From Aliivibrio fischeri ES114 (lineage in GTDB: Bacteria; Pseudomonadota; Gammaproteobacteria; Enterobacterales; Vibrionaceae): 32,000 nt of DNA. The stretch lies in assembly GCF_000011805.1 (NCBI RefSeq), contig NC_006840.2, one strand, 5' to 3'. The stretch's first letter is position 1; each line of letters starts with the position of its first letter. The position numbers and the translations under genes are program-made. Positions 1-7,971 of the stretch are shown here, in pieces. The notes beneath the pieces were generated by a model. That model searched no databases. It saw nothing but the letters and a program-made list of their open reading frames with translations, and had not been told where the DNA came from.

Positions 1-104
1 CCATTATCAAACAGCTTGAAGCTCACGGAATGGTTGCTTTAGGTGAACATCAGGCAATTACACCTGATGTATCACGTAAAATTCTTGAAGACGCTGTAAA
101 ATAA
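1..104 (+). CDS. 3' end of an unidentified CDS (5' part outside window)
   Basis: Open frame from the window edge (codons phased on position 3) reads ...IIKQLEAHGMVALGEHQAITPDVSRKILEDAVK, then TAA at 102-104. A strong hairpin follows at 114-146. The fragment is too short to assign a family. Confidence 0.4.
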   Translation, partial: IIKQLEAHGMVALGEHQAITPDVSRKILEDAVK

Positions 105-113
105 CCGTCTAAA

Positions 114-146
114 TACTGACTCAGAATAATGTGTTCTGAGTCAGTA
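114..146. terminator. Bidirectional hairpin between convergent genes
   Basis: Perfect 13-bp inverted repeat tactgactcagaa (114-126) / ttctgagtcagta (134-146) with a 7-nt loop. It lies between the stop at 104 (+) and the stop at 164 (-). A partial T-run (tgatttta) follows on the + strand. Confidence 0.65.
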
Positions 147-163
147 TGATTTTACAAACTAGC

Positions 164-1468
164 TTATTGTTGTTTAAAGAAATCAAAGCCTGTTAAATGC
201 TCAGCGAGTGCAGGCTCAGTTAGAATTTTATCCTGATCAACATCGTATGTAATGAATCGAATGCCATCTGATTGATAATCATCATATTGTTCTCCATCTG
301 GTCTCAACAAAATAAGAATCTTACCGTTTTCAAAATAATTTGAAGCCGCCGTAATGTCCCCTGCATAAGCTTCTAACGCTTTTTTTCCCGTATCTTCCCA
401 CGTATCAGTTAATAAAATATGCCCATTTTCTGTCACAACCATACCAATATTGTCATCACTAGGATGATGGAACGCTGCAACAAACTTTTGATCTATATTT
501 TTAAAAGTAACATCTGAAGAATATGGCGTTACAATAATCTCTTTATCTTGCTTTAAGTTATAAGTAAAAAAATGCATTTTATCTTGAGACTCAGAATAAT
601 AGCCCGCTGAAATAAAGTTTGCATCCTCACCCAACTCTGGATAGTAATCAGAAATATTACGAGGGCCGCTTAATAAACCATTTTCATCGGCGGTAATAAA
701 GGTATCACCAGTGAGCTTCCCATAACCACTGCCTTCGTTATCATGCCACCCTGCCCCATTTACTGTTCTTGAAATACTTTCAGCTATATATCCCGGATCA
801 GGCAAATCTTTATATTTACTTAATGGGTACCATTTTGGTACAACCGTTCCCCAGTCAAAAGCTTGTGCAAAATTAACATTCTCATCTTTTGGTACGATGG
901 AATTAAATAAATTACCAGCAAACCAAGCACAGTTACCATATAGCGTATATTTACCTCCATTCCAATCTTTCCCTATACCTAAAAATAACTTAGCGATCTC
1001 TTTACTCTCAACATATAACGCCTCTTCTTTGTCCGCTATATCCTGCTTTATTTGTTGGTAGTTTTTATCTTCAATATGAACGCATTTTTGAAAACTAAAT
1101 TCTCGACTGGCTTGGTTGCCATCGCTACCAAATCCATATCCATCAAACTGAACTTTTCCTTCATTATCTTTATAAAAAAGATCCACCCATGTATGTCCAA
1201 CAGCTCCAGAATCAGCCCATTGAACCATTCTTTCTAATAATTGAACGATATTGTCATCAGGGTAATCGTGTTGAAATTGTTGATAAGTTTCTAATAGGGG
1301 AATTCGATTAGCTTTTCGATTTATTCGAATACACACTTGAGGGTAACCAATATTAGGATCTCCCTCTAAAGCAACACGGTGCCCATTTCGATATTCATCG
1401 GCAGTGGCAACATTAGAAAAAAGAGCAAGGGAAAGCATAGTTGATGCTGTAATAATGGTTCGATTCAT
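164..1468 (-). CDS. Secreted protein of unknown function (two-domain orphan)
   Basis: 434-aa ORF with a Sec-type signal peptide (MNRTIITASTMLSLALFSNVATA/DE) and no lipobox Cys. I recognise no named family. Only motif-level hints exist (His92 in GAVGHTWVDLF, Cys180 in YGNCAWFAGNLF, four-fold repeat in the C-terminal half); see findings. It looks monocistronic, with a hairpin downstream and an AT-rich region upstream. Confidence 0.8.
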   Translation of the reverse strand: MNRTIITASTMLSLALFSNVATADEYRNGHRVALEGDPNIGYPQVCIRINRKANRIPLLETYQQFQHDYPDDNIVQLLERMVQWADSGAVGHTWVDLFYKDNEGKVQFDGYGFGSDGNQASREFSFQKCVHIEDKNYQQIKQDIADKEEALYVESKEIAKLFLGIGKDWNGGKYTLYGNCAWFAGNLFNSIVPKDENVNFAQAFDWGTVVPKWYPLSKYKDLPDPGYIAESISRTVNGAGWHDNEGSGYGKLTGDTFITADENGLLSGPRNISDYYPELGEDANFISAGYYSESQDKMHFFTYNLKQDKEIIVTPYSSDVTFKNIDQKFVAAFHHPSDDNIGMVVTENGHILLTDTWEDTGKKALEAYAGDITAASNYFENGKILILLRPDGEQYDDYQSDGIRFITYDVDQDKILTEPALAEHLTGFDFFKQQ

Positions 1469-1590
1469 AATTAATCCTTAATATTATTAAGTCGCATCAT
1501 TAGCCTATTTAATTATTTTTCGAAGGTCATAGAGATAATATTCAAAATGCACATAATTAAGCATTTATACCAATTTGATTAATTTTAAAT

Positions 1591-1624
1591 AAAAAAAACC
1601 GCACCAATTAAATTGGTACGGTTT
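1591..1624 (-). terminator. Rho-independent terminator of the EamA-family gene
   Basis: The minus strand reads accgtaccaatt-t-aattggtgcggt followed by TTTTTTTT (A-run 1591-1598 on +). The 12-bp stem has one G-U pair. It sits 23 nt after the stop at 1647. Confidence 0.75.
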
Positions 1625-1646
1625 ATTTTAATTCTATCAATAAAGA

Positions 1647-2528
1647 TTATTTCTTCTTGCGTTCCCATTGTGTAATAAACGCAACAGAAGCAATAATAAT
1701 AGCAGCACCTAACCATAAACGACCAGGTGGAACCCATCCAAATACCATCCAGCCTGCTAACACATTTAATGGCAATTTTGCATGATCAAAAGGCTGAACA
1801 AATGAAGCATCAGCAACTGAATACGCTTTTACAATTGCCCATTGCGCTAATGCTGTCATTACACCAGCACAAAACAGCAATAACCACACATTCATACCAC
1901 TTGGGGTTTGCCATTCAGGTAGCGCTAATAAAATATTAAATGGCGTAATCAGAACCAATAAATACACAACCATGGTCGATGGTGAATCGTTTGACGACAT
2001 TTTCTTCACCATTAACGAATAACAAGCCCAAAAGAAAGCCGCACCAACAGGCAATAATGTTGCCCATGTAAAGCTATCAGACCATGGCTCTAGAATGATC
2101 ATTGCACCAACAAAACCAGCTAAAGTCGCAAACCAACGAGCCGCTCCTACTTTCTCTTTTAAAAATAGACCAGAACCTATGGTTGCAAATAATGGAGACG
2201 TCATCAAAAGAGCGATACCTTGCCAAATAGGAACAGGATAAGCGAGGGCCCACAGCCATAACTGAATACCGATAACTGATAAGAATACACGCAGAGCATG
2301 CATACCAAAATGTTCAGTTCGAAGTGAATTACGAAGACCCAATGTTCGTAGGTAAGGTAAAATAACAACCAAAGCAATAGCGTATTGAACCAAAGCAACC
2401 ATGGTCGATGGAAGACCAAAATTCATACTTACATATTGAGCAATACTGTTTACTATCGCAAAAGCAAGTCCTGCGGTAAGCATCCAAGAAGCGCCTTGAA
2501 CCGGTTGATGTTGAGACATAAAGGGCAA
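1647..2528 (-). CDS. EamA/DMT-family (RhaT-like) membrane permease
   Basis: 293-aa ORF, hydrophobic throughout with about 10 helices and the two-fold EamA-like organisation. Start is TTG at 2528 (track) or ATG at 2519 (MSQHQPVQG...). Substrate cannot be inferred. Confidence 0.8.
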   Translation of the reverse strand: MPFMSQHQPVQGASWMLTAGLAFAIVNSIAQYVSMNFGLPSTMVALVQYAIALVVILPYLRTLGLRNSLRTEHFGMHALRVFLSVIGIQLWLWALAYPVPIWQGIALLMTSPLFATIGSGLFLKEKVGAARWFATLAGFVGAMIILEPWSDSFTWATLLPVGAAFFWACYSLMVKKMSSNDSPSTMVVYLLVLITPFNILLALPEWQTPSGMNVWLLLFCAGVMTALAQWAIVKAYSVADASFVQPFDHAKLPLNVLAGWMVFGWVPPGRLWLGAAIIIASVAFITQWERKKK

Positions 2529-2536
2529 TTCACATT

Positions 2537-2570
2537 AAAAAAGGGAAGCAGATCATACGACTGTTCCCTT
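2537..2570 (-). terminator. Rho-independent terminator after the aldehyde dehydrogenase gene
   Basis: The minus strand reads gggaacag-tcgtatgat-ctgcttccc followed by TTTTTT. This gives 8 bp with one bulge. The T-run (A-run 2537-2542 on +) ends about 9 nt before the EamA start region. Confidence 0.6.
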
Positions 2571-2613
2571 CATTTGCCAACTGCTAAACCACAACAAAAG
2601 CTGACTAACTGGC

Positions 2614-4011
2614 CTATTTCATAAATTTTAAGCCTAATACTTTAAGCATCGACTTTTTATGCTTCAATAATAACCGTGCTCTTGGCAACCAAGTTGGCGT
2701 TGATAATACGGTTTTAGCATGTGAAAACGTAATAAAACCTTCTATGCCATGATAGCTTCCCATACCAGAATCACCGATTCCACCAAATGGGGCGTCATCA
2801 GCAGCAACATGCATCATAGTATCGTTGATTGCCACACCACCACTGTGTGTATTTTCAATAATTTGTTTAATTAACAGCTTATCGGAAGACATCACATACA
2901 GAGCTAATGGTCTCGGTCTCTTCTTAATATAATCAAATGCTTCTTCAATGGCCTCATAGCCAATGATGGGTAAAATTGGTCCAAATATCTCTTCTTGCAT
3001 CACTAGCATATCGTCATTCACGTCAGTAAGCAGGTGTGGCAAAAACGAACGTCCTTCGGATTGAACATCACACTCTATCGAAGTGAGCGTCGCTCCTTTT
3101 TCTTTAGCATCCGTAAAATACGATTCTAAACGTTCATACTGAGCTTGATTAATAATATGGCTGTATTCTCGTTTTCCTTTTTTTTCAGGGAACACCTGTG
3201 AAAATCGACGAACATACAAAGAGATAAACTTTTCGACCTTATTTTTAGGAATGAAGACATAATCAGGTGCTACGCATATTTGCCCTGCATTCATTGATTT
3301 TCCGAGCATAATGGCATCAACCGACGATGTTAAATCCGCATCATCAGCGATAATAACAGGTGATTTCCCGCCAAGTTCAAGCGTAATAGGCGTAAGATTT
3401 TTTGCTGCTGCACTTGCTACCAGTTTCCCCACTTGAGTTGAGCCCGTAAATAATAAGTGATTAAAAGGTAACTGAGAAAATTCAGCAGCCACATCAGCGG
3501 CGCCTTCAATGATGCATACATGCTCAGATAAATCGGAAAAGACTCGACGGAGTACTTGATTGGTTTCTAGCGTATATTCACTCAATTTCACCATCACTCT
3601 ATTACCTGCTGCGATAGCTGTAACAATTGGCGCTATACTTAAATAGATTGGAAAATTCCAAGGAACAATAACGCCTATCACGCCTAAAGGTTGGTAAACG
3701 ACTTGTAATCTTGATGGAGAAAGCAATAAACCAGCACTTCGTTTTTGGGGTTTTAACCACTTTGATAAACGTTTGGTCGTGTAATTAATATGCTGAATTG
3801 ACGGCATTAAATCACAAATAGTGGAGTCAAAATGACTTCGATATCCATAATCTTTTTCTAATGCGCTCGTTATATTTTCTTTTTCAGATAATAAAGCCTG
3901 TTTTAATTGGCCAAGCAGCAACAATCGCTCATCTTTTGATGAATTCGGCGATGCTTGATACGCGTGTTTAAGCTGTTCAAATTGATCTAGCAAATTAGCA
4001 ACACTACTCAT
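2614..4011 (-). CDS. NAD(P)-dependent aldehyde dehydrogenase (class-3 / coniferyl-aldehyde-DH-like)
   Basis: ALDH catalytic motifs are present: LELGGKSP (general-base Glu) and GQICVAPDYV (nucleophile Cys), plus FTGST. Start moved from 4068 to ATG 4011 (MSSVANLLDQF...) because the 19 upstream codons (MFMYTDCYNENHFVEWNNN) look non-homologous. Confidence 0.85.
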   Translation of the reverse strand: MSSVANLLDQFEQLKHAYQASPNSSKDERLLLLGQLKQALLSEKENITSALEKDYGYRSHFDSTICDLMPSIQHINYTTKRLSKWLKPQKRSAGLLLSPSRLQVVYQPLGVIGVIVPWNFPIYLSIAPIVTAIAAGNRVMVKLSEYTLETNQVLRRVFSDLSEHVCIIEGAADVAAEFSQLPFNHLLFTGSTQVGKLVASAAAKNLTPITLELGGKSPVIIADDADLTSSVDAIMLGKSMNAGQICVAPDYVFIPKNKVEKFISLYVRRFSQVFPEKKGKREYSHIINQAQYERLESYFTDAKEKGATLTSIECDVQSEGRSFLPHLLTDVNDDMLVMQEEIFGPILPIIGYEAIEEAFDYIKKRPRPLALYVMSSDKLLIKQIIENTHSGGVAINDTMMHVAADDAPFGGIGDSGMGSYHGIEGFITFSHAKTVLSTPTWLPRARLLLKHKKSMLKVLGLKFMK

Positions 4012-4247
4012 ATTGTTATTCCATTCAACAAAGTGGTTTTCATTATAACAATCCGTATACATGAACAAAATAATACAAATATAACTGTGTGTTCTTGCTC
4101 TATATTCTCTTATATATAAGTGAATTAATTCAGTAATATCTGCATAAATAATGTCGAGTTAATATCTAGAATTGCTATAAACCATTGATCTTTTTGTAGC
4201 AAGCCTGTAATGATATAGAGGTAGAAATAACTTCGAGAACAATAATA

Positions 4248-5594
4248 ATGAATAAAACGAATGAAATTACTCTATCCCCTCACTGGGAAGATCGTATAAG
4301 CAACGAACAAAAGTTACGTCGTAATGATCAGCGCAGCGTTTTTCAACGAGATCGTGCTCGTATTCTTCACTCTGCCGCTTTTCGCCGCCTTCAAGCTAAA
4401 ACTCAAGTGCACGGCCCAGGTAGTGCCAATGACTTTTATCGCACTCGATTAACCCATTCTCTTGAGGTCTCTCAAATAGGTACAGGGGTTGTCGCACAGT
4501 TAAAGCTTAGACAGCCTGAGTTTCGTGCCCTTTTAACCTCAACTAGCTTAATGGAAAGCATTTGTTTGGCTCATGATATTGGCCACCCACCTTTTGGTCA
4601 TGGTGGCGAAATCGCTCTAAATTATATGATGCGTGATCATGGTGGTTTTGAAGGTAATGGGCAAACTCTACGAATTTTAAGCAAGTTAGAACCCTATACT
4701 GAGCATTTCGGTATGAACTTAGCCAGAAGAACCTTGTTAGGGGTTTTAAAATACCCTGCATTTCTTGATCAAGTTCATTCAACAGAACGCCCACAAGAAG
4801 TAACTAATGTTCGTCATTTAAAATCCATAGATTGGCATCCACCCAAAGGGGTTTATCGTGATGATGCTGATATTTTAAATTGGATTTTAAAACCGCTATC
4901 GGACGTCGATAAAGCGCTATTTTCTACTTTCCGTTTTCAACAAGACAGTCAAAATACGCACCGTAAAACTCGCTTTAAATCTATAGATTGTTCCATCATG
5001 GAACTCGCTGATGATATTGCTTATGGCGTTCATGACCTAGAAGATGCCATTGTGATGGGAATTGTTACTCGTAATCAGTGGCAAGAATCAGTAGCGAGTA
5101 AATTAGCAGAATGTGGTGATGAGTGGTTTGAAGCAAATATTGAAACCATCAGCGATAAACTATTTTCAGGCTTACAGTATCAACGTAAAGACGGCATCGG
5201 CAGTATCGTAAATGCGCTATTAACATCGATTACCATTAAACCGACCACCTTTAATGATGAAGCAGAGTTTGAATCTGAATTGCTGCGTTGGAATGCTTTT
5301 TTAAGTCCTTCTATGAGTTATGCCTTAGAAGTATTGAAGAAGTTTGTTGGTCAATTCGTAATTCACAACTCTGAAATGCAGCGTATTGAATATAAAGGCC
5401 AACAAATAGTCATGGAGATATTTGATGCTCTCAATTCAGATCCTGAACGCTTGTTACCAGAAAACGACAAAAGAGAATGGAGAGAAGCGAAAGAATCTGG
5501 TGCTAATGCACACCGTGTAATTGCTGATTATATCGCTGGTATGACCGATGGCTATGCTCAGCGTTTATATAATCAACTCTTTGTTCCGATTTAA
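4248..5594 (+). CDS. dgt: dGTPase-like deoxynucleoside triphosphate triphosphohydrolase (HD domain)
   Basis: 448 aa. HD-domain signature [12 protein letters not shown]...[14 protein letters not shown]...[16 protein letters not shown] and C-terminal [12 protein letters not shown] are typical of the Dgt family (short, type-2-like form). Confidence 0.85.
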   Translation: MNKTNEITLSPHWEDRISNEQKLRRNDQRSVFQRDRARILHSAAFRRLQAKTQVHGPGSANDFYRTRLTHSLEVSQIGTGVVAQLKLRQPEFRALLTSTSLMESICLAHDIGHPPFGHGGEIALNYMMRDHGGFEGNGQTLRILSKLEPYTEHFGMNLARRTLLGVLKYPAFLDQVHSTERPQEVTNVRHLKSIDWHPPKGVYRDDADILNWILKPLSDVDKALFSTFRFQQDSQNTHRKTRFKSIDCSIMELADDIAYGVHDLEDAIVMGIVTRNQWQESVASKLAECGDEWFEANIETISDKLFSGLQYQRKDGIGSIVNALLTSITIKPTTFNDEAEFESELLRWNAFLSPSMSYALEVLKKFVGQFVIHNSEMQRIEYKGQQIVMEIFDALNSDPERLLPENDKREWREAKESGANAHRVIADYIAGMTDGYAQRLYNQLFVPI

Positions 5595-5599
5595 GAATC

Positions 5600-5645
5600 A
5601 ATACCAATTCAAATAAGTATTAATATTTACTTACTTGGATTGGTA
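5600..5645. terminator. Long AT-rich hairpin between convergent dgt and DTW genes
   Basis: ataccaattcaaataagta (5600-5618) pairs with tacttacttggattggtat (5627-5645). The arms are 19 nt with 2 non-Watson-Crick positions and an 8-nt loop. There is no clean U-tract, so function as a terminator is inferred from position only. Confidence 0.5.
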
Positions 5646-5654
5646 TATTACAAG

Positions 5655-6278
5655 CTATGAACGGTAGTTCTTCTCAAATACACCTTCTGGCATTTGGCTA
5701 ATATGAAACTCAATCATGTTATCAAATGCCGTTAAAATCGAATCAAATTTTTCAACATTATTTGACGCCACACAATCATTATCTAGCTGAGTTAAAATGT
5801 GGTATCCCGCTTCCGCTGTTGATAATGCATTGTCTTTTGGCGCTTTACGAACTCGATAATTACCAGATAAATCGGTGTTTAAATGCACCTTAGGTAAGGA
5901 ATGCAAATTGGTGGATAACTGCCACATTTTATATGCTTTTTTCCACGTACCATCTAATAGAATAACGCGTTGTTTCTTTTGAAGAAGAGCTTTATCTGTA
6001 CCAATAGCTTTGCTTTCATTATCTAAAAACAACACTTGATGATGATAGCTATCGTCAGCTAATAATTGGTTTAACTCAGAATGTTCTGAAAAATTCTCAC
6101 CGATAAAAGTACGACAATTCACCAAACTTAAAGATAAAATTTTCGCTGTTCCTAATGGGCGCTTAGCTTCTGTTGGATGCTGTAGTATGATTAATTCAAT
6201 ATCCGTGGTAATGGGTGTGATCCACTCACATATACAGGCTTTTTTTGTTTTTAAACATTGAAGACAAAATCGAATCAC
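5655..6278 (-). CDS. tapT: DTW-domain tRNA-uridine aminocarboxypropyltransferase (YfiP/TapT-like)
   Basis: 207 aa with the N-terminal Cys cluster CLQCLKTKKACIC and the DTW signature ILLDGTWKKA. GTG start at 6278, preceded by AAAGG. Confidence 0.7.
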   Translation of the reverse strand: MIRFCLQCLKTKKACICEWITPITTDIELIILQHPTEAKRPLGTAKILSLSLVNCRTFIGENFSEHSELNQLLADDSYHHQVLFLDNESKAIGTDKALLQKKQRVILLDGTWKKAYKMWQLSTNLHSLPKVHLNTDLSGNYRVRKAPKDNALSTAEAGYHILTQLDNDCVASNNVEKFDSILTAFDNMIEFHISQMPEGVFEKNYRS

Positions 6279-6291
6279 AAGGAACCTTTAC

Positions 6292-6855
6292 TTGTTTAAA
6301 TTATTACTTCCCATTCTGATTGGGCTTGGTATTGCTCAATTTAGTATGGTATCGGATATATTGGTATGGGATCGCTATCTGATAGAACATGGCGAGCTTT
6401 GGCGTATCGTAACAGGGAACTTTACCCATACGAATCTAGCACATTTAATAATGAATGCTGCTGCACTCGTCCTTTTTAGTTATATTTTTAAAGAGTTACT
6501 TACCCTTAAAAAATTATCGATTTTACTGTTTTCTATCAGTTTACTAACTGGACTAGCACTACTCTTTACGCCAATACAAGCTTATGTTGGACTCTCAGGC
6601 GTATTACACGGGCTGTTTGTTTGGGCTGCCATCGAAGACATAAAAAATAAACGCCAAACAGGATGGTTATTGCTGCTAGGTGTAATTACTAAAATCAGTT
6701 GGGAGCACTATTTTGGAGCCAGTGCATCGACCATCTCATTAATAAATGCAAAAGTAGCGACAGAGGCACATTTATTTGGAGCAATCGCAGGCGGACTACT
6801 CCAAATTCCAACTCTATTTCTCAAAACTAATAAAGCTTCTGACGGCCTAAAATAG
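6292..6855 (+). CDS. rrtA: Rhombosortase-like intramembrane serine protease (short rhomboid)
   Basis: 187 aa with about 6 TM helices. Rhomboid motifs are present: [19 protein letters not shown], catalytic GLSGVLHG and a downstream H ([11 protein letters not shown]). The small size and absence of a cytoplasmic domain fit rhombosortase rather than GlpG. A TTG start at 6292 keeps the expected first TM helix. Confidence 0.6.
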   Translation: MFKLLLPILIGLGIAQFSMVSDILVWDRYLIEHGELWRIVTGNFTHTNLAHLIMNAAALVLFSYIFKELLTLKKLSILLFSISLLTGLALLFTPIQAYVGLSGVLHGLFVWAAIEDIKNKRQTGWLLLLGVITKISWEHYFGASASTISLINAKVATEAHLFGAIAGGLLQIPTLFLKTNKASDGLK

Positions 6856-7429
6856 AGTGAGATAACGTTGTACCATCAACTAATTCTAATTCACCGCCCA
6901 TTGGAACACCATGTGCTATTCGACTAGCTGGTACTTGGTGCTCTTGGCAAAGCTCAGCAATATAGTGTGCCGTTGCTTCACCCTCAACAGTTGGGTTAGT
7001 TGCAAGAATAACTTCTTTAATATCACCACGATTCAAACGATGATCTAATAAATCTAAACCAATATCGCTTGGACCAATACCATCCAGTGGCGATAAATGT
7101 CCCATTAGTACAAAGTAACGCCCAGAAAACTGCCCTGTTGCTTCTACCGCAACAATATCTGCAGGACTTTCAACAATACACATTTCACCACTTGCTTGAC
7201 GCTTTGGATTCAAACAAATAGCGCAGGTATCTTCCTCAGTAAATGTTCGACATTCCGAGCAATGACCAATCTCTGACATCGCTTGAGAAAGAGCATCAGC
7301 TAGCTGCATTCCCCCTTGGCGATTACGTTGAAGCAAGTGAAAAGCCATTCGCTGAGCTGATTTTGGGCCAACGCCTGGTAGACATCGTAATGATTCCATT
7401 AATTGTTCTAGTAAACCACTGGTTCGCAT
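6827..7429 (-). CDS. recR: Recombination mediator RecR
   Basis: 200 aa. It has the HhH N-terminus ([17 protein letters not shown]), the Cys4 zinc finger [16 protein letters not shown], and Toprim/Walker-B-like regions. AGGAA lies 11 nt upstream of the ATG. Confidence 0.97.
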   Translation of the reverse strand: MRTSGLLEQLMESLRCLPGVGPKSAQRMAFHLLQRNRQGGMQLADALSQAMSEIGHCSECRTFTEEDTCAICLNPKRQASGEMCIVESPADIVAVEATGQFSGRYFVLMGHLSPLDGIGPSDIGLDLLDHRLNRGDIKEVILATNPTVEGEATAHYIAELCQEHQVPASRIAHGVPMGGELELVDGTTLSHSILGRQKLY

Positions 7430-7444
7430 AGTTTCTTATATTCC

Positions 7445-7475
7445 TAAAAAGAAAAAGGCAGCCACTGAGCCGCCT
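7445..7475 (-). terminator. Intrinsic terminator/attenuator between ybaB and recR
   Basis: The minus strand reads AGGCGGC-tcagtg-GCTGCCT followed by TTTTTCTTTTT. The 7-bp stem has one G-U pair. The recR RBS AGGAA follows immediately. Confidence 0.6.
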
Positions 7476-7530
7476 AATTATTCCAAGACTAATAATGCGT
7501 TATTAATCTCAGCTTTATCATAAAGATAAA

Positions 7531-7866
7531 TTAGAATGGCATTTTAAAGCCCGGTGGCATTTGCATTCCACCAGTTACACTTGCCATTTTTTCTTTTTGT
7601 GTTTCTTCAATACGACGAGATGCATCATTGAACGCAGCTGCGATCAAATCTTCTAGCATTTCTTTTTCGTCTTCTTCCATTAGGCTTGGATCGATTTCAA
7701 CACGACGAACACTATGAGAACCAGTGATAGTTACTTTAACCAGACCAGCACCTGACTCACCAGTTACTTCCATGTTTGCGATTTCTTCTTGCATCTTCTG
7801 CATGCGATCTTGCATTTGCTGGGCTTGCTTCATCAAGTTGCCCATGCCGCCTTTACCACCGAACAT
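7531..7866 (-). CDS. ybaB: Nucleoid-associated protein YbaB/EbfC
   Basis: 111 aa. [28 protein letters not shown]...[11 protein letters not shown]... is a typical YbaB sequence. Conserved position between dnaX and recR. Confidence 0.95.
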   Translation of the reverse strand: MFGGKGGMGNLMKQAQQMQDRMQKMQEEIANMEVTGESGAGLVKVTITGSHSVRRVEIDPSLMEEDEKEMLEDLIAAAFNDASRRIEETQKEKMASVTGGMQMPPGFKMPF

Positions 7867-7971
7867 AATTATTCTCTCTTAAGTTTACTTCTTTGTTACT
7901 AAAAAAATGGGGGTTAAATTTTTGTTTTCAACCCACTCTAAATTTTAAATTAGATTGTATGAACGCTTATG

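Noticed and set aside
4121-4132. Perfect 12-bp palindrome TGAATTAATTCA in the ALDH/dgt divergent region, considered as an ARG box
   Set aside because: ARG boxes are TGAAT-N4-ATTCA, whereas this has a 2-nt spacer. By my rough estimate, about ten perfect 12-bp palindromes are expected by chance in 32 kb at this composition.
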